A stretch of DNA of 64,000 nt from Promethearchaeota archaeon (lineage in GTDB: Archaea; Asgardarchaeota; Lokiarchaeia; Sigyniarchaeales; SOKP01), in NCBI GenBank assembly GCA_048940925.1, contig JBHLOC010000018.1, positions 22,501-86,500 on the forward strand. The letters are read 5' to 3'. The notes under the pieces were generated by a model, which saw nothing but the letters and a program-made list of their open reading frames with translations, made no database searches and had not been told where the DNA came from. A program made the translations under genes and the position numbers. Below, in pieces: positions 1 to 10,154 of the stretch (position 1 is its first letter; each line of letters begins with the position of its first letter).

Positions 1-1275
1 TTAATTATAGCAATAGTAATCTCTTTAATCCTATCTTATTTTATTGCTAAAAAATTAAAACCTATATTTTTAGAAACAAGAGTAAGTTTTGGTGAAGTAA
101 CCAATACTATAAGAGAAAATATTGTGGGGGCTCAAGTAGTTCGTATGTTTAATACACAAAATAAAGAACATCAAAAATTCCAAAAAAATAATAATAGATT
201 TTATAATGCAAGTGTAGACTCTGTTAAATATAATTCCTTGTATATGCCTTCTATTTATGTTCTTATTGGAATTTTAACAATTGTTACATTATTTATTGGG
301 GGAATTTGGGTTATTAATGGAAGAATGCAGCTTCAAACAATAATTACTTTACTTTCCTACATTGCTTCACTAAGTTTTCCGTTAATGATGTTAGGTCAAA
401 TAATGTTGGTATATATTCAAGCAGATGCTGCACTCACCCGAGTAAGGGAAGTTTTGGAATCTACTCCAGATATAAAAGACTTTCCAGATGCTATTCCAAT
501 AGTTTCTTTAAAAGGGGATATTGAATTTGATAATGTTTCTTTTGGATATACTCATGATCGTAGGATTTTAAAAGATGTTTCATTTAAAATACCCGCAAGA
601 AAGACATTGGCAATTTTAGGCACTACTGGTTCTGGAAAATCTACAGTAATCAATCTAATTCCCCGTTTCTATGAAGTAAGCGATGGAAATATTAAAATTG
701 ATCATAAGGATATACGCAATTATAAATTAAAGGATTTAAGGCAAAATATTGGTATTGTATCACAGGAAACTTTCTTATTTAATAAATCTATTGCTAGTAA
801 TATTGCTTATGGGAAAGATGATTCTTCAAGAAATGAAATCATAAAAGCTGCTCAAATTGCTGATTTACATGATTTTATTATTTCTTTACCTAAAGGATAT
901 GATACTATTGTTGGTGAAAGAGGTACAAGACTATCTGGTGGACAAAAACAGCGATTATCAATAGCTCGAGCATTAATAATTAAACCCAAAATCTTAATTT
1001 TAGATGATTCAACAAGTTCTGTCGATGTTGAAACTGAATATAAAATTCAAAAAGCACTAGCGAAAATAACGAACGAGACCACAACTATTATTATAACCCA
1101 AAGAATATCTACAATCAGAGGAGCAGATAATATTTTAATTCTAGATAGGGGGCGTGTAGTTGGTTTTGGAACTCATGATGATTTGATTAAAAAAAATGTA
1201 TTATATAAACAAATCTACAAAACTCTATACCAAAAACAAAAATCAAAGATTAAGATAGAAGAAGGAAATTACTAA
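1..1275 (+). CDS. ABC exporter subunit (TMD+NBD fusion), 5'-truncated by the window edge
   Basis: Frame is open from base 1 (LIIAIVISLILS...). Walker A GTTGSGKS, signature LSGGQKQR, degenerate Walker B ILDD, as in the degenerate half of heterodimeric exporters. Confidence 0.93.
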   Translation, partial: LIIAIVISLILSYFIAKKLKPIFLETRVSFGEVTNTIRENIVGAQVVRMFNTQNKEHQKFQKNNNRFYNASVDSVKYNSLYMPSIYVLIGILTIVTLFIGGIWVINGRMQLQTIITLLSYIASLSFPLMMLGQIMLVYIQADAALTRVREVLESTPDIKDFPDAIPIVSLKGDIEFDNVSFGYTHDRRILKDVSFKIPARKTLAILGTTGSGKSTVINLIPRFYEVSDGNIKIDHKDIRNYKLKDLRQNIGIVSQETFLFNKSIASNIAYGKDDSSRNEIIKAAQIADLHDFIISLPKGYDTIVGERGTRLSGGQKQRLSIARALIIKPKILILDDSTSSVDVETEYKIQKALAKITNETTTIIITQRISTIRGADNILILDRGRVVGFGTHDDLIKKNVLYKQIYKTLYQKQKSKIKIEEGNY

Positions 1276-1290
1276 AGTGGTGAAACATTA

Positions 1291-3774
1291 GTGTATAACA
1301 ACCAAGAAGATAAAGATCAGGAGGAGCAAAAAGAAATAATTCAACCTAGCGCGAGTACTAGACGTCGATTTATGTTTGACGATGAGAAAGCTAAATTAGA
1401 GTATCCAAGAAAAAAATTATGGAAATGGTTATTCTCATATATAAAATCTTCCCAAAGGAAATTTTCGTTATATTTCATATTTTTATTATTAGGCACAGTA
1501 TTATCATCTGTAACCCCATTATTATCAGCAAGCATCATAGATAAAGGAATAGTTGGTAGAAATAGTGATTATATTCTGATAATGAGCACATTTTATTTAC
1601 TTTTAATGATTTTGATGGCGATATCTAATTATATATCTCAATTTGGAATGGGTAAAATTTCTCAGAGAATTACTTTTGAGATTAGAAATGATATTTTCTT
1701 CAAATTACAAGAAATGTCCTTAAGTTATTTTGATAAAAGATCATCAGGAGAGATTATATCAATAGCAACTAACGATGTTACAATCCTTAATCAATTAGTT
1801 GGGGGTCAATTTGTTCAAATTATAACTAGCTTTGTTTCTATTGTTCTAACAGTGGTGTTTATGTATATTTTAAATCCATTTTTAGCTCTTATTAGTATGA
1901 TAATTTTTCCCTTGTTTTTGATTACAACATATATTTTTAGAAAGATTGCAACTAAATTATTTAAAGAATCGAGGAAAGCCATTGGTAAAGTTACTGCTTC
2001 GATACAAGAAAATATTGAAGGCGCAAAAGTTGTTCAAGCATATGGGCAGGAAACAAGAGCTTCTTCTGAATTTGATAAAGCTAATATAGCAAATTACAAT
2101 GCAAACGTTAAAATTAGAAGATATATGGCAACTATGTTTCCCTTAATTACATTGATTACAACTATCCTCACAGCAGGAATTTTATTAATTGGAGGATTTA
2201 CAATTCTAGGGAATGTCGTTATTTTTGGTGTTCCTGTTTCAGTAGGGGTACTTAGTGCCTATATTAGTATTTTAAGCCAATTCTTCAGACCCTTCATGAT
2301 GTTAATGCAAACTCAACAAGTAATTGAAGCAGCTATGGCTGCAAGTGACCGAATATATTCTATATTAGAAGCAGAAGCAGAAATTCCAGAATACAGTTCA
2401 CCTAAAGTATTTAGTGATGTGAATGGGAGCATCGAATTTAGAGCTGTAAGTTTTGGTTACAAATTTAAAAATAATAGAATAGTTGATAAAAAACCTCTAG
2501 AAACTTCTATGATGAATCAAGTCATCAAGGCAATAAAATCCTTTCCTGAACCCTATTCATCTTTCATTCTCGATAATATGAAGTTTATGTCTAATAATAT
2601 TAGACAAAAGCTTTTTACAAATCTGATGGGAAGTGAACCAACTGAAATTCCAGAAAAAATTGATAAAGTTTTGGCTGAATTTCAATATGCTGTTCCTAAT
2701 ACAGTAATGGCAAGTAAACATTCTGAATATAAAAATAGTTTTAAACTTAAAACTTTAAAAGAGAATTTTAAAGAAACAAAAGATTTTACATTTGAACAAA
2801 TAGTATCACCAGAAACAGTACTTATGATGGTAAAATTCTTAGAAGAAGCATTACGAACAACAACTGGAATGCAACAGAATAATACTAGAATGGGAGAAAG
2901 TAGAAATTTAATTGGAGGAGATACGAGTCTTATATCATCTAGTACTATTAAAAGGATGCTTGCCAGTATAGAAATTTCTCCAGAAGTCCAAAAAGAGATA
3001 CCCAAGGTTGTATTGAACGCTATTAGAGAACAAAAAAAAATTATCCAACACGAACAATCAATGGGTTATGTTTTAAGAAATGTTGATTTAAAATTATCTT
3101 CAGGAAAAACATTAGCTATTGTAGGAGAAACTGGTGCAGGTAAGACTTCTTTAATCAAATTAATTGCACGATTTTATGATATAAATGATGGAAAAATTCT
3201 AATTGATGGTATAGACATTCGAGAAGTTCGAAAGGAAGATTTAAGAAATTTGATTGGGCTCGTCCCCCAGGATGCATTCATTTTTACGGGAACTATCAAG
3301 GAAAACATATTATATGCATTTGAAGATATAACTCCAGAATTAGAACAACGAATGATTGAAATCTCGAAATTTCTGGGTTTGCATAATTTCATTGAAACCC
3401 TATATAAGGATTATAATACAAAATTAAAAGAAAATGGTTCAAACATTTCTATTGGACAAAGGCAACTTATTGCTTTTGCGAGAGCCTTAATAACTAATCC
3501 TAAAATCCTAATATTGGATGAAGCTACATCCTCAGTTGATCCATATACTGAAACATTAATTCAAGATGCATTAAATAAAGCACGAAAGGGACGAACTACG
3601 ATTATTATAGCCCACCGTTTATCAACAATTAAAAACGCAGATCACATAATTGTTTTAAGTGCTGATAAAAAAGGAATAGTAGAACAAGGAGCTCACGAGA
3701 CTTTGCTTTCTTTGAATGGAAAATATAAACGTCTTTTAGAAATGCAACATCGAGATATCGATATAAGTAATTAA
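1291..3774 (+). CDS. ABC exporter subunit (TMD+NBD), partner of the upstream gene, with a ~200-aa insertion in the NBD
   Basis: Multi-helix TMD, Walker A GETGAGKT, ISIGQRQ, ILDEAT, AHRL. Confidence 0.93.
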   Translation: MYNNQEDKDQEEQKEIIQPSASTRRRFMFDDEKAKLEYPRKKLWKWLFSYIKSSQRKFSLYFIFLLLGTVLSSVTPLLSASIIDKGIVGRNSDYILIMSTFYLLLMILMAISNYISQFGMGKISQRITFEIRNDIFFKLQEMSLSYFDKRSSGEIISIATNDVTILNQLVGGQFVQIITSFVSIVLTVVFMYILNPFLALISMIIFPLFLITTYIFRKIATKLFKESRKAIGKVTASIQENIEGAKVVQAYGQETRASSEFDKANIANYNANVKIRRYMATMFPLITLITTILTAGILLIGGFTILGNVVIFGVPVSVGVLSAYISILSQFFRPFMMLMQTQQVIEAAMAASDRIYSILEAEAEIPEYSSPKVFSDVNGSIEFRAVSFGYKFKNNRIVDKKPLETSMMNQVIKAIKSFPEPYSSFILDNMKFMSNNIRQKLFTNLMGSEPTEIPEKIDKVLAEFQYAVPNTVMASKHSEYKNSFKLKTLKENFKETKDFTFEQIVSPETVLMMVKFLEEALRTTTGMQQNNTRMGESRNLIGGDTSLISSSTIKRMLASIEISPEVQKEIPKVVLNAIREQKKIIQHEQSMGYVLRNVDLKLSSGKTLAIVGETGAGKTSLIKLIARFYDINDGKILIDGIDIREVRKEDLRNLIGLVPQDAFIFTGTIKENILYAFEDITPELEQRMIEISKFLGLHNFIETLYKDYNTKLKENGSNISIGQRQLIAFARALITNPKILILDEATSSVDPYTETLIQDALNKARKGRTTIIIAHRLSTIKNADHIIVLSADKKGIVEQGAHETLLSLNGKYKRLLEMQHRDIDISN

Positions 3775-3810
3775 AATTTATCTTATTTTAATGTTTTTTA
3801 TCTTATATTT

Positions 3811-4650
3811 ATGAAAAAGCTAAATTATATTCTAGTTTTAATTTGCATAATTAACTATTTAGATTGGTGTACAATTATTCCATATTTTGATTATTCTGGA
3901 AAAAAAATATTCTATCAATGTAATGAGAATCATTCTCAAAATGCTATCATTTTTATTCATGGAGCAGGTGGAAATTCAAATATTTGGAAAGATCAACTAA
4001 AATTAAAAATAAATTATAACTTATATGCACTCGATTTACCTTCTCATAATAAATCAGATAATATCTCTGAGCTCTCTCTTGATATTTACATTAACGCTAT
4101 TAAAAATCTAATAAATTATATTGGAGCTGAAGAAATAATCTTATGTGGTCATTCATTAGGTGGAGCTATTATACAAGAGTTTTATTTTAAGTATCCAAAT
4201 GACGTCTCAGCTTTAATTTTATGCGGAACAGGAAGCAGATTACGTGTAGATCCACATATTCTAACCCAAATAAAAAGTAATTATCAAGGATATCTAAATG
4301 ACTTACAAACTGGTGCTTTTTATACTAAAACTCCAAAAGAGATAAAATTGAAAAGTATTGAAGAGACAACTAAGACTACCCCAGAAGTTACTTATATTGA
4401 TTTTGAAATATGTGATAATTTTGACACTTTAGATAAAACTAGTTCTATAGAGGTTCCTTGCTTGATTGTTTGTGGTAAACACGATAAATTAACTCCATTA
4501 AAATACTCAAAATTCTTTTACGATAACATTAACAATTCGAATTTAGTAATAATAAAGAAAGCAGGGCATATGGTGATGATTGAACAACCTAAGAAGTTAA
4601 ATAAAGCGATTGAAAATTTTATTAAAAATAATTTAAAAAAAAATAATTAG
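3811..4650 (+). CDS. alpha/beta hydrolase (true start possibly ATT at 3877)
   Basis: IFIHGAGG oxyanion motif, GHSLGG nucleophile elbow, catalytic D (HDKL) and H (AGHM). Confidence 0.9.
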   Translation: MKKLNYILVLICIINYLDWCTIIPYFDYSGKKIFYQCNENHSQNAIIFIHGAGGNSNIWKDQLKLKINYNLYALDLPSHNKSDNISELSLDIYINAIKNLINYIGAEEIILCGHSLGGAIIQEFYFKYPNDVSALILCGTGSRLRVDPHILTQIKSNYQGYLNDLQTGAFYTKTPKEIKLKSIEETTKTTPEVTYIDFEICDNFDTLDKTSSIEVPCLIVCGKHDKLTPLKYSKFFYDNINNSNLVIIKKAGHMVMIEQPKKLNKAIENFIKNNLKKNN

Positions 4651-5451
4651 ATGCCAAGAGAATATACGTATGGTCCTTTTCAATCAAGGCGATTAGGGCT
4701 CTCATTAGGCGTAAATGTTTTGTCAAATTATAAGTTATGCACTTTCAACTGTGTATATTGCGAGATTGGTTTAACATCTCAAGAACATTATGTGTCTCCA
4801 GAATTTAGAATAAAATTACCACCTTCTTCTAAGTTTAAAAAAGAATTAATTTCAATCTTAAAATATGTGCCTCATATTAATTCAATTACTTTTGGATATA
4901 ATGGTGAACCTACAATAAATGAGAATTTATTAGATTTCTTAGAAATAGCTTCACAGGTAAGAGAAGATTCAAATTGGATAAAAAAGAGACCTATTTTTAC
5001 CTTATTTACTAATTCTAGTACTTTGCATTTCAAAGATATAAGAGAAAGAGTCAAAGAATTTGAACTTGTGTTAGCAAAATTAGATGGCGCAACTAAAGAG
5101 GATTTTAGAAGGACTAATAGACCCCACAGTAAATCACCTGATATTGAAATTATTATTGAATCACTCATTAAACTAAGGCAAAAAATGCCTAAAGGACATA
5201 AATTAGCCATTCAAACTCTAATTTATAATTCCTATAGAGAAGATTTTATTCCAAATAATAATTATTTAAATTTGAACAAGTTAGCTCAAGCTTTAAAGAA
5301 GATTAGGCCTGATTTTATACAGATTTATTCAATAGCAAGAATTCCAGCAGAATATTTTGTCTACGCAATAGATGAAGAGAGAAAAAAAGAAATAGTAAAT
5401 GAATTAAAACTTAAAATTAATGATGAAGATATTAAAATAAATTATTATTAG
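4651..5451 (+). CDS. radical SAM protein
   Basis: YGPFQSRRLGLSLGVN N-terminus, CTFNCVYC cluster motif, GEPT. Confidence 0.9.
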   Translation: MPREYTYGPFQSRRLGLSLGVNVLSNYKLCTFNCVYCEIGLTSQEHYVSPEFRIKLPPSSKFKKELISILKYVPHINSITFGYNGEPTINENLLDFLEIASQVREDSNWIKKRPIFTLFTNSSTLHFKDIRERVKEFELVLAKLDGATKEDFRRTNRPHSKSPDIEIIIESLIKLRQKMPKGHKLAIQTLIYNSYREDFIPNNNYLNLNKLAQALKKIRPDFIQIYSIARIPAEYFVYAIDEERKKEIVNELKLKINDEDIKINYY

Positions 5452-5514
5452 TAGGTTAAATAAAAAAATTAATTATAAATTACGTGTGTATAAGAGTAGA
5501 TTTATTAAGATTTT

Positions 5515-6531
5515 TTGGTGATAAAAATCGACGAGAAATATATAGCAGGGGTGGATATTGGAGGTACATGGGTTAGAGTTGCTATAAGCAAAGTAGACTT
5601 AAAAGAAGAAGAAATTAGATCGAAACTTATAAGAACACCTAAAGATCATAAATATTCCATTGCTAATTCTGTGTGTGAAGTTTTTTCAGGACTCATATCA
5701 GAAAATTCTATTCAGAGTAGACAAATTTTAGGTATTGGAATAGCTTCTGCTGGTCCATTAAACACTGAAACTGGAATAGTCTTTAATAATGCTAATTTAG
5801 GATTTAGAGAAATTCATTTAAAAGATCCAATAAAAAAGAAATTTCCAGACATACCATTATATTTCATAAATGATTGTAATGGAGCTGTATTAGGGATACA
5901 TTATTTTGAGGCAGAAGAGAGGGAAAGAGATAACCTCGTTTATATCACCATATCTACAGGCGTTGGAGGAGGTGTTATTTGTAATGGTCATTTATTACTA
6001 GGAAAAGAAGGGAATGCAGCAGAAATAGGACATACAATAGTAGAACCAAGAAGTAGAGCCCAGTGTAATTGTGGGGCGTATGGATGTTGGGAAGCTTATA
6101 GTTCTGGAACAGGTGTTCGAAACAGGGCATTAGACGCATTAAAAAAAGGAAAATTTAACGCAGAAATATTAATGCAAATTGTAAAAGAAGATAGATCTAA
6201 AATCACAGCTAAAGAAGTTTTTCAAGCAGCAAGAGAAGGTGATGAATTATCCAAGAAGATAGTTGATGATTGTGTTTTCTATACCAAAATAGGTATTGGT
6301 ATTGTTAATAATTATTATGATTGTACTTCAATTTATTTTGGAGGAGCAATGATGAACGATAATGAACAGATTATTCCTCATTTAATTAAACAGTTTAAGA
6401 GGGATCCTATTAAATTCACTACGAATCATCCTCCAAAAATAAAATTAACAAAATATAGAGATGAAATAGGTTTACGAGGGGCATTAGCACTTGTAAAATA
6501 TAAAATTGAGAATCACCAAGTTATTTCTTAA
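5515..6531 (+). CDS. ROK family sugar kinase (glucokinase-like)
   Basis: GVDIGGT, INDCN, STGVGGG, AEIGH, CNCGAYGCWE. Confidence 0.92.
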   Translation: MVIKIDEKYIAGVDIGGTWVRVAISKVDLKEEEIRSKLIRTPKDHKYSIANSVCEVFSGLISENSIQSRQILGIGIASAGPLNTETGIVFNNANLGFREIHLKDPIKKKFPDIPLYFINDCNGAVLGIHYFEAEERERDNLVYITISTGVGGGVICNGHLLLGKEGNAAEIGHTIVEPRSRAQCNCGAYGCWEAYSSGTGVRNRALDALKKGKFNAEILMQIVKEDRSKITAKEVFQAAREGDELSKKIVDDCVFYTKIGIGIVNNYYDCTSIYFGGAMMNDNEQIIPHLIKQFKRDPIKFTTNHPPKIKLTKYRDEIGLRGALALVKYKIENHQVIS

Positions 6532-6558
6532 AATTGAATCAAAAAATAAGAAATTCTA

Positions 6559-7998
6559 ATGAAGCAGGAAAATTTGATATTCACATTGAGTGGAATACGA
6601 GGAATAGCAGAAAAAGATTTTGATTTCAATATCGTAAAAAAGATCAGTATTGCCTATGGATCATGGCTTGAAAGTACAACTAATCAAGTTATTGTAGGGA
6701 GAGATACCAGACCAAGTAGTAAATTCATTGAAAAAGCTGTTATTGAGGGATTAATCGCAGTTGGTTTAAATATTACCAATGTAGGAGTTTGTCCTACTCC
6801 GATCATTATCCATGCTAAAAAGAGCCTGAATATTCCTGGAGGTATTATTATCACGGGCTCCCATAACCCACAGCAGTGGAATGGACTAAAACTCTTATCA
6901 GCTAATACCTTTTTAAACAATGATGATATAAAAGAAATCTCAGCAAAAATAAATAAGGTTGATCTAAATCTTTATCCTTCAACTAAACATGAAGTAAATC
7001 AACATACCAAAAATTTGAATCCCATCCAGAATTATATTCAAGATTTAACTACTTATATTGATTATGAAAAAATTAAAAAGCGAAATGATCTTAGTGTTGT
7101 TATTGATACAGGAGCAGGCGCAGGTAAAATCGCAACACCTCAAGTTCTAAATAAAATAGGATGTAAAGTAAAAGTGATTAACAATGATTTACTCGTCAAT
7201 GACGTATTTCCAAGAGAAATTGAACCTATTGAAGAAAATTTAAAAGATTTAATAATGGAAGTATGGCAAGGTAACCATGATATTGGATTTGCACACGATT
7301 CTGATGCCGATAGATTAGCTATAATCGGAGAAAGTGGAATATATTATCCTGAAGATATTGGTTTGGCACTCATTACAGATTTTTATTTAAAAAAATTTTT
7401 TAACTCTGATAAAGAAATTATATTTATTACAAATTTAGCGTCTTCCTTAAGGTTTGAAGTGCTTGCTAAAAAATATAACGCGGAAGTCATCAGAACCCGA
7501 GTAGGAGAGAGATTTTTAGCAGAAAAAATGGAAATTTTAATTAAGGAAGAAAGTATAAAGTCGACAAATCGGTTAGTTTTTGGAGGAGAAGGTTCATGTG
7601 GGGGCTTTATGTTTCCTTATTTTAATAATACTAGAGATGGAATTTTTGCAGCTGTAAAAATAGTTGAAATTCTTGTTAGGTCTGAAAAAAAAATCTCAGA
7701 TCTAATAGCGAGGTTACCAAAATTTTATTCACAAAGAGAAAAAGTCAATATCGAGAATAAAGATACTAAACAGATAATCGATTTAGTAAAACACGAACTT
7801 ATTGAAGAAGGAGAACACATAATACAATATGATCTTGATCTCCGATTTGGTAAAGGGATGGAGTGGTTTGTTTTAATACACCCCTCCAATACTGAACAAG
7901 TTATTAGAATTATAAGTGAGGCTAAGCGAGAGTCATTAGCAAGAATATATTGTGAAGCTACAGCTGAATTAGTACGGCTAGTAATAAAAACGATTTAG
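6559..7998 (+). CDS. phosphohexomutase (phosphoglucomutase/phosphomannomutase/GlmM family)
   Basis: TGSHNP phosphoserine loop, DSDADR metal loop, GGEGS. Confidence 0.92.
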   Translation: MKQENLIFTLSGIRGIAEKDFDFNIVKKISIAYGSWLESTTNQVIVGRDTRPSSKFIEKAVIEGLIAVGLNITNVGVCPTPIIIHAKKSLNIPGGIIITGSHNPQQWNGLKLLSANTFLNNDDIKEISAKINKVDLNLYPSTKHEVNQHTKNLNPIQNYIQDLTTYIDYEKIKKRNDLSVVIDTGAGAGKIATPQVLNKIGCKVKVINNDLLVNDVFPREIEPIEENLKDLIMEVWQGNHDIGFAHDSDADRLAIIGESGIYYPEDIGLALITDFYLKKFFNSDKEIIFITNLASSLRFEVLAKKYNAEVIRTRVGERFLAEKMEILIKEESIKSTNRLVFGGEGSCGGFMFPYFNNTRDGIFAAVKIVEILVRSEKKISDLIARLPKFYSQREKVNIENKDTKQIIDLVKHELIEEGEHIIQYDLDLRFGKGMEWFVLIHPSNTEQVIRIISEAKRESLARIYCEATAELVRLVIKTI

Positions 7999-8129
7999 CC
8001 TTCAATTATGAATTTTGTAACAGGTAGTCCCATTTATTTCCCACTATTCACTTCAAATATTTATATACTTACGTAAAATTTAAATAATAAAATGTGATAT
8101 AATTACATTAAACATATTTGTTGATTACA

Positions 8130-8219
8130 TCATGGTAATTAAAGATTATTGGTGGATTGGGTTGGATTGTGGAGATGCACTAATCCGTACTCCGTCTATT
8201 AGTAAATCAATGACCATGA
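8130..8219 (+). ncRNA. candidate structured non-coding RNA (long hairpin)
   Basis: TCATGGT/ACCATGA, GATT/AATC, ATTGGTGGA/TCTATTAGT, TGGATT/AATCCG and GTG/CAC stack into one ~90-nt stem. G-U pairs favour the + strand. TATA-like TTTATATA near 8060-8067. Confidence 0.4.
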
Positions 8220-8485
8220 CATTAATGTATGTAGGTTTTAATGTACATCCTTAATACATTATCCTAATAAATACATAAAAATCAGCAAAACTTTGACACT
8301 CATCCTTTAACTTTTCATACGTTACTTAAAAAGTAACTTATAACCTTGACCTAAATCTCTGTTTCTTATAAGATTTCTACATAGTATTAGCTTTAGTGCA
8401 GAATAATTTCAAATTAGGGTAAATAAATATGTTTTTTTCCAATAAATAAATTTATGAAAAAATTTAAATAAATAAATAAAAAGAG

Positions 8486-8740
8486 GTGGAAATTTTGTTA
8501 GAATTAAAGGAATTGGCAGAAGATAGAGAAGCCGCTGAACTTAAGGAAGCTCAGGAATTAGTGAGATTTGAATTACTTGAGCTTAACTATTATAAAAAAC
8601 AAAAGAAACAAGCGAGATTAGAAAAAAGAAATTTAGAGTTATTAGACCTTTATGCGAAGCATAATCTAAGATACTTAGAAGAAAAGCAAAATTACTTAAG
8701 AAACCTAGAAGCCATAAGAGAAAATTATAGGAATTATTAA
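8486..8740 (+). CDS. small charged coiled-coil hypothetical protein (start probably TTG at 8495)
   Basis: E/L/K/R-rich helical ORF; GAGGTGG SD precedes the TTG. Confidence 0.55.
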   Translation: MEILLELKELAEDREAAELKEAQELVRFELLELNYYKKQKKQARLEKRNLELLDLYAKHNLRYLEEKQNYLRNLEAIRENYRNY

Positions 8741-8891
8741 TTCTGCTAACGAAATCGAAAATAAAGAAAGGTGAATCCTAATATCAGCAAGTAATAGAGA
8801 AATAGATAAAGAAGTAATAGATCTTGAGACTGTATATGATAAAGTAGAGAAATTTGGTTTTAAAATTCAGTTAAATAAATGGGAATCAAAT

Positions 8892-10049
8892 TTGAGGAAA
8901 TCGTATTTATTTCATTTTTTCATGGGTCTTCACTTGATTTCAGGAGTGTTAATACCGTTTTTCCTCACTTGGGGAAAATTAACATTCATTGAAGTAATGC
9001 TCTTACAAAGCTACTTTACAATAATGATTTTAACATTTGAGATTCCTTGCGGAGCTATAGCTGATTATATCAGTAGAAAGGTTTCTTTAATACTCGGGGC
9101 TTTCATCACCGCACTTGCAGCTCTTATCTATGGAAGTTATCCAAGCATAATAATTTTCATTATTGGTGAGACATTATGGGCTTTTGCTAGTGCTTTAACA
9201 ACTGGTACTGATCAAGCGTTTATCTTTGATACGTTGCGAAAGCTTGAAAGAGAGGATGATATTTCAAAAGTGATAGCTAGAAATAGGAGCTTTATGTTGT
9301 GTGGTATAATAATTTCAGCTCCAATCGGTTCAATCATCGGTGCTAATATATCATTAAATTTAGTAATGACTTTTATGTTTATCCCATTTTTCGTTGCAAC
9401 ATTAATATCTCTAACATTAGAAGAACCAAATCATGATTTAGAGAAAAAGAAATCTGAGAAATATATCACTATAGTAAAATCTGGCTTTAATGAACTCAAG
9501 AAAAACAGCGTTCTAAGAGTTTTATCATTTGAAATGATAATAACAGAGGTAGCAGTATCCTTTATAATTTGGCTGTATCAGCTTTATCTTGAAGCATTAC
9601 AGTTACAACTGATATTCTTTGGACTCGTAAGTGCAACAATGACTTTAATACAAATAATTTTTAACAATCTAGGAATAAAACTTCAAAATAGATATAATAA
9701 TAAGAAACAATTCCTACAATTTTATTCAATAATACCAGGAATAGGATTTATTCTTATGTCAATGATATTCTTTATACCAGTGAGTATTCCTTTAATTCTT
9801 ATAGTAATTGGATTTGGTTTTTCACGGAGTCTATTATTTACTAAGGGAATAAATAAACAAATTAAGACTCAGAATAGAGCTACGGTGATAAGCACAATAA
9901 GTATGATAGCAAGTCTGTTAAGAGTAATTCTTTATCCCCTCATTGGATTTCTTGGAATGATGAATTTAAATATAACATTTTTATTTCTTGGAGCTGTGAT
10001 AATCGTTTTTGCATTGATCTCAAGAATTAAGACCGAATATTTAGAATAA
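8892..10049 (+). CDS. MFS transporter (frame open upstream to an ATA at 8781)
   Basis: About 12 hydrophobic segments, EIPCGAIADYISRK motif A, RATVIS. Confidence 0.9.
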   Translation: MRKSYLFHFFMGLHLISGVLIPFFLTWGKLTFIEVMLLQSYFTIMILTFEIPCGAIADYISRKVSLILGAFITALAALIYGSYPSIIIFIIGETLWAFASALTTGTDQAFIFDTLRKLEREDDISKVIARNRSFMLCGIIISAPIGSIIGANISLNLVMTFMFIPFFVATLISLTLEEPNHDLEKKKSEKYITIVKSGFNELKKNSVLRVLSFEMIITEVAVSFIIWLYQLYLEALQLQLIFFGLVSATMTLIQIIFNNLGIKLQNRYNNKKQFLQFYSIIPGIGFILMSMIFFIPVSIPLILIVIGFGFSRSLLFTKGINKQIKTQNRATVISTISMIASLLRVILYPLIGFLGMMNLNITFLFLGAVIIVFALISRIKTEYLE

Positions 10050-10154
10050 AATTATTTTTTTTTTAAAATTTAAAAATTCAAAAAATAAAGAATGGAAAAA
10101 AATTAGAAAAATTAATAAGGATAAATTAGAAAGATCTGCAGGAGGGACTCAAAT

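Noticed and set aside
2461-3066. Intein in the ABC ATPase
   Set aside because: No N-terminal Cys/Ser, no His-Asn followed by Cys/Ser/Thr, no LAGLIDADG blocks.
8138-8210. BHB motif in the orphan hairpin (AAA bulge beside GATT/AATC)
   Set aside because: The bulge is on the wrong side of the 4-bp helix and the opposite bulge is only 1 nt.
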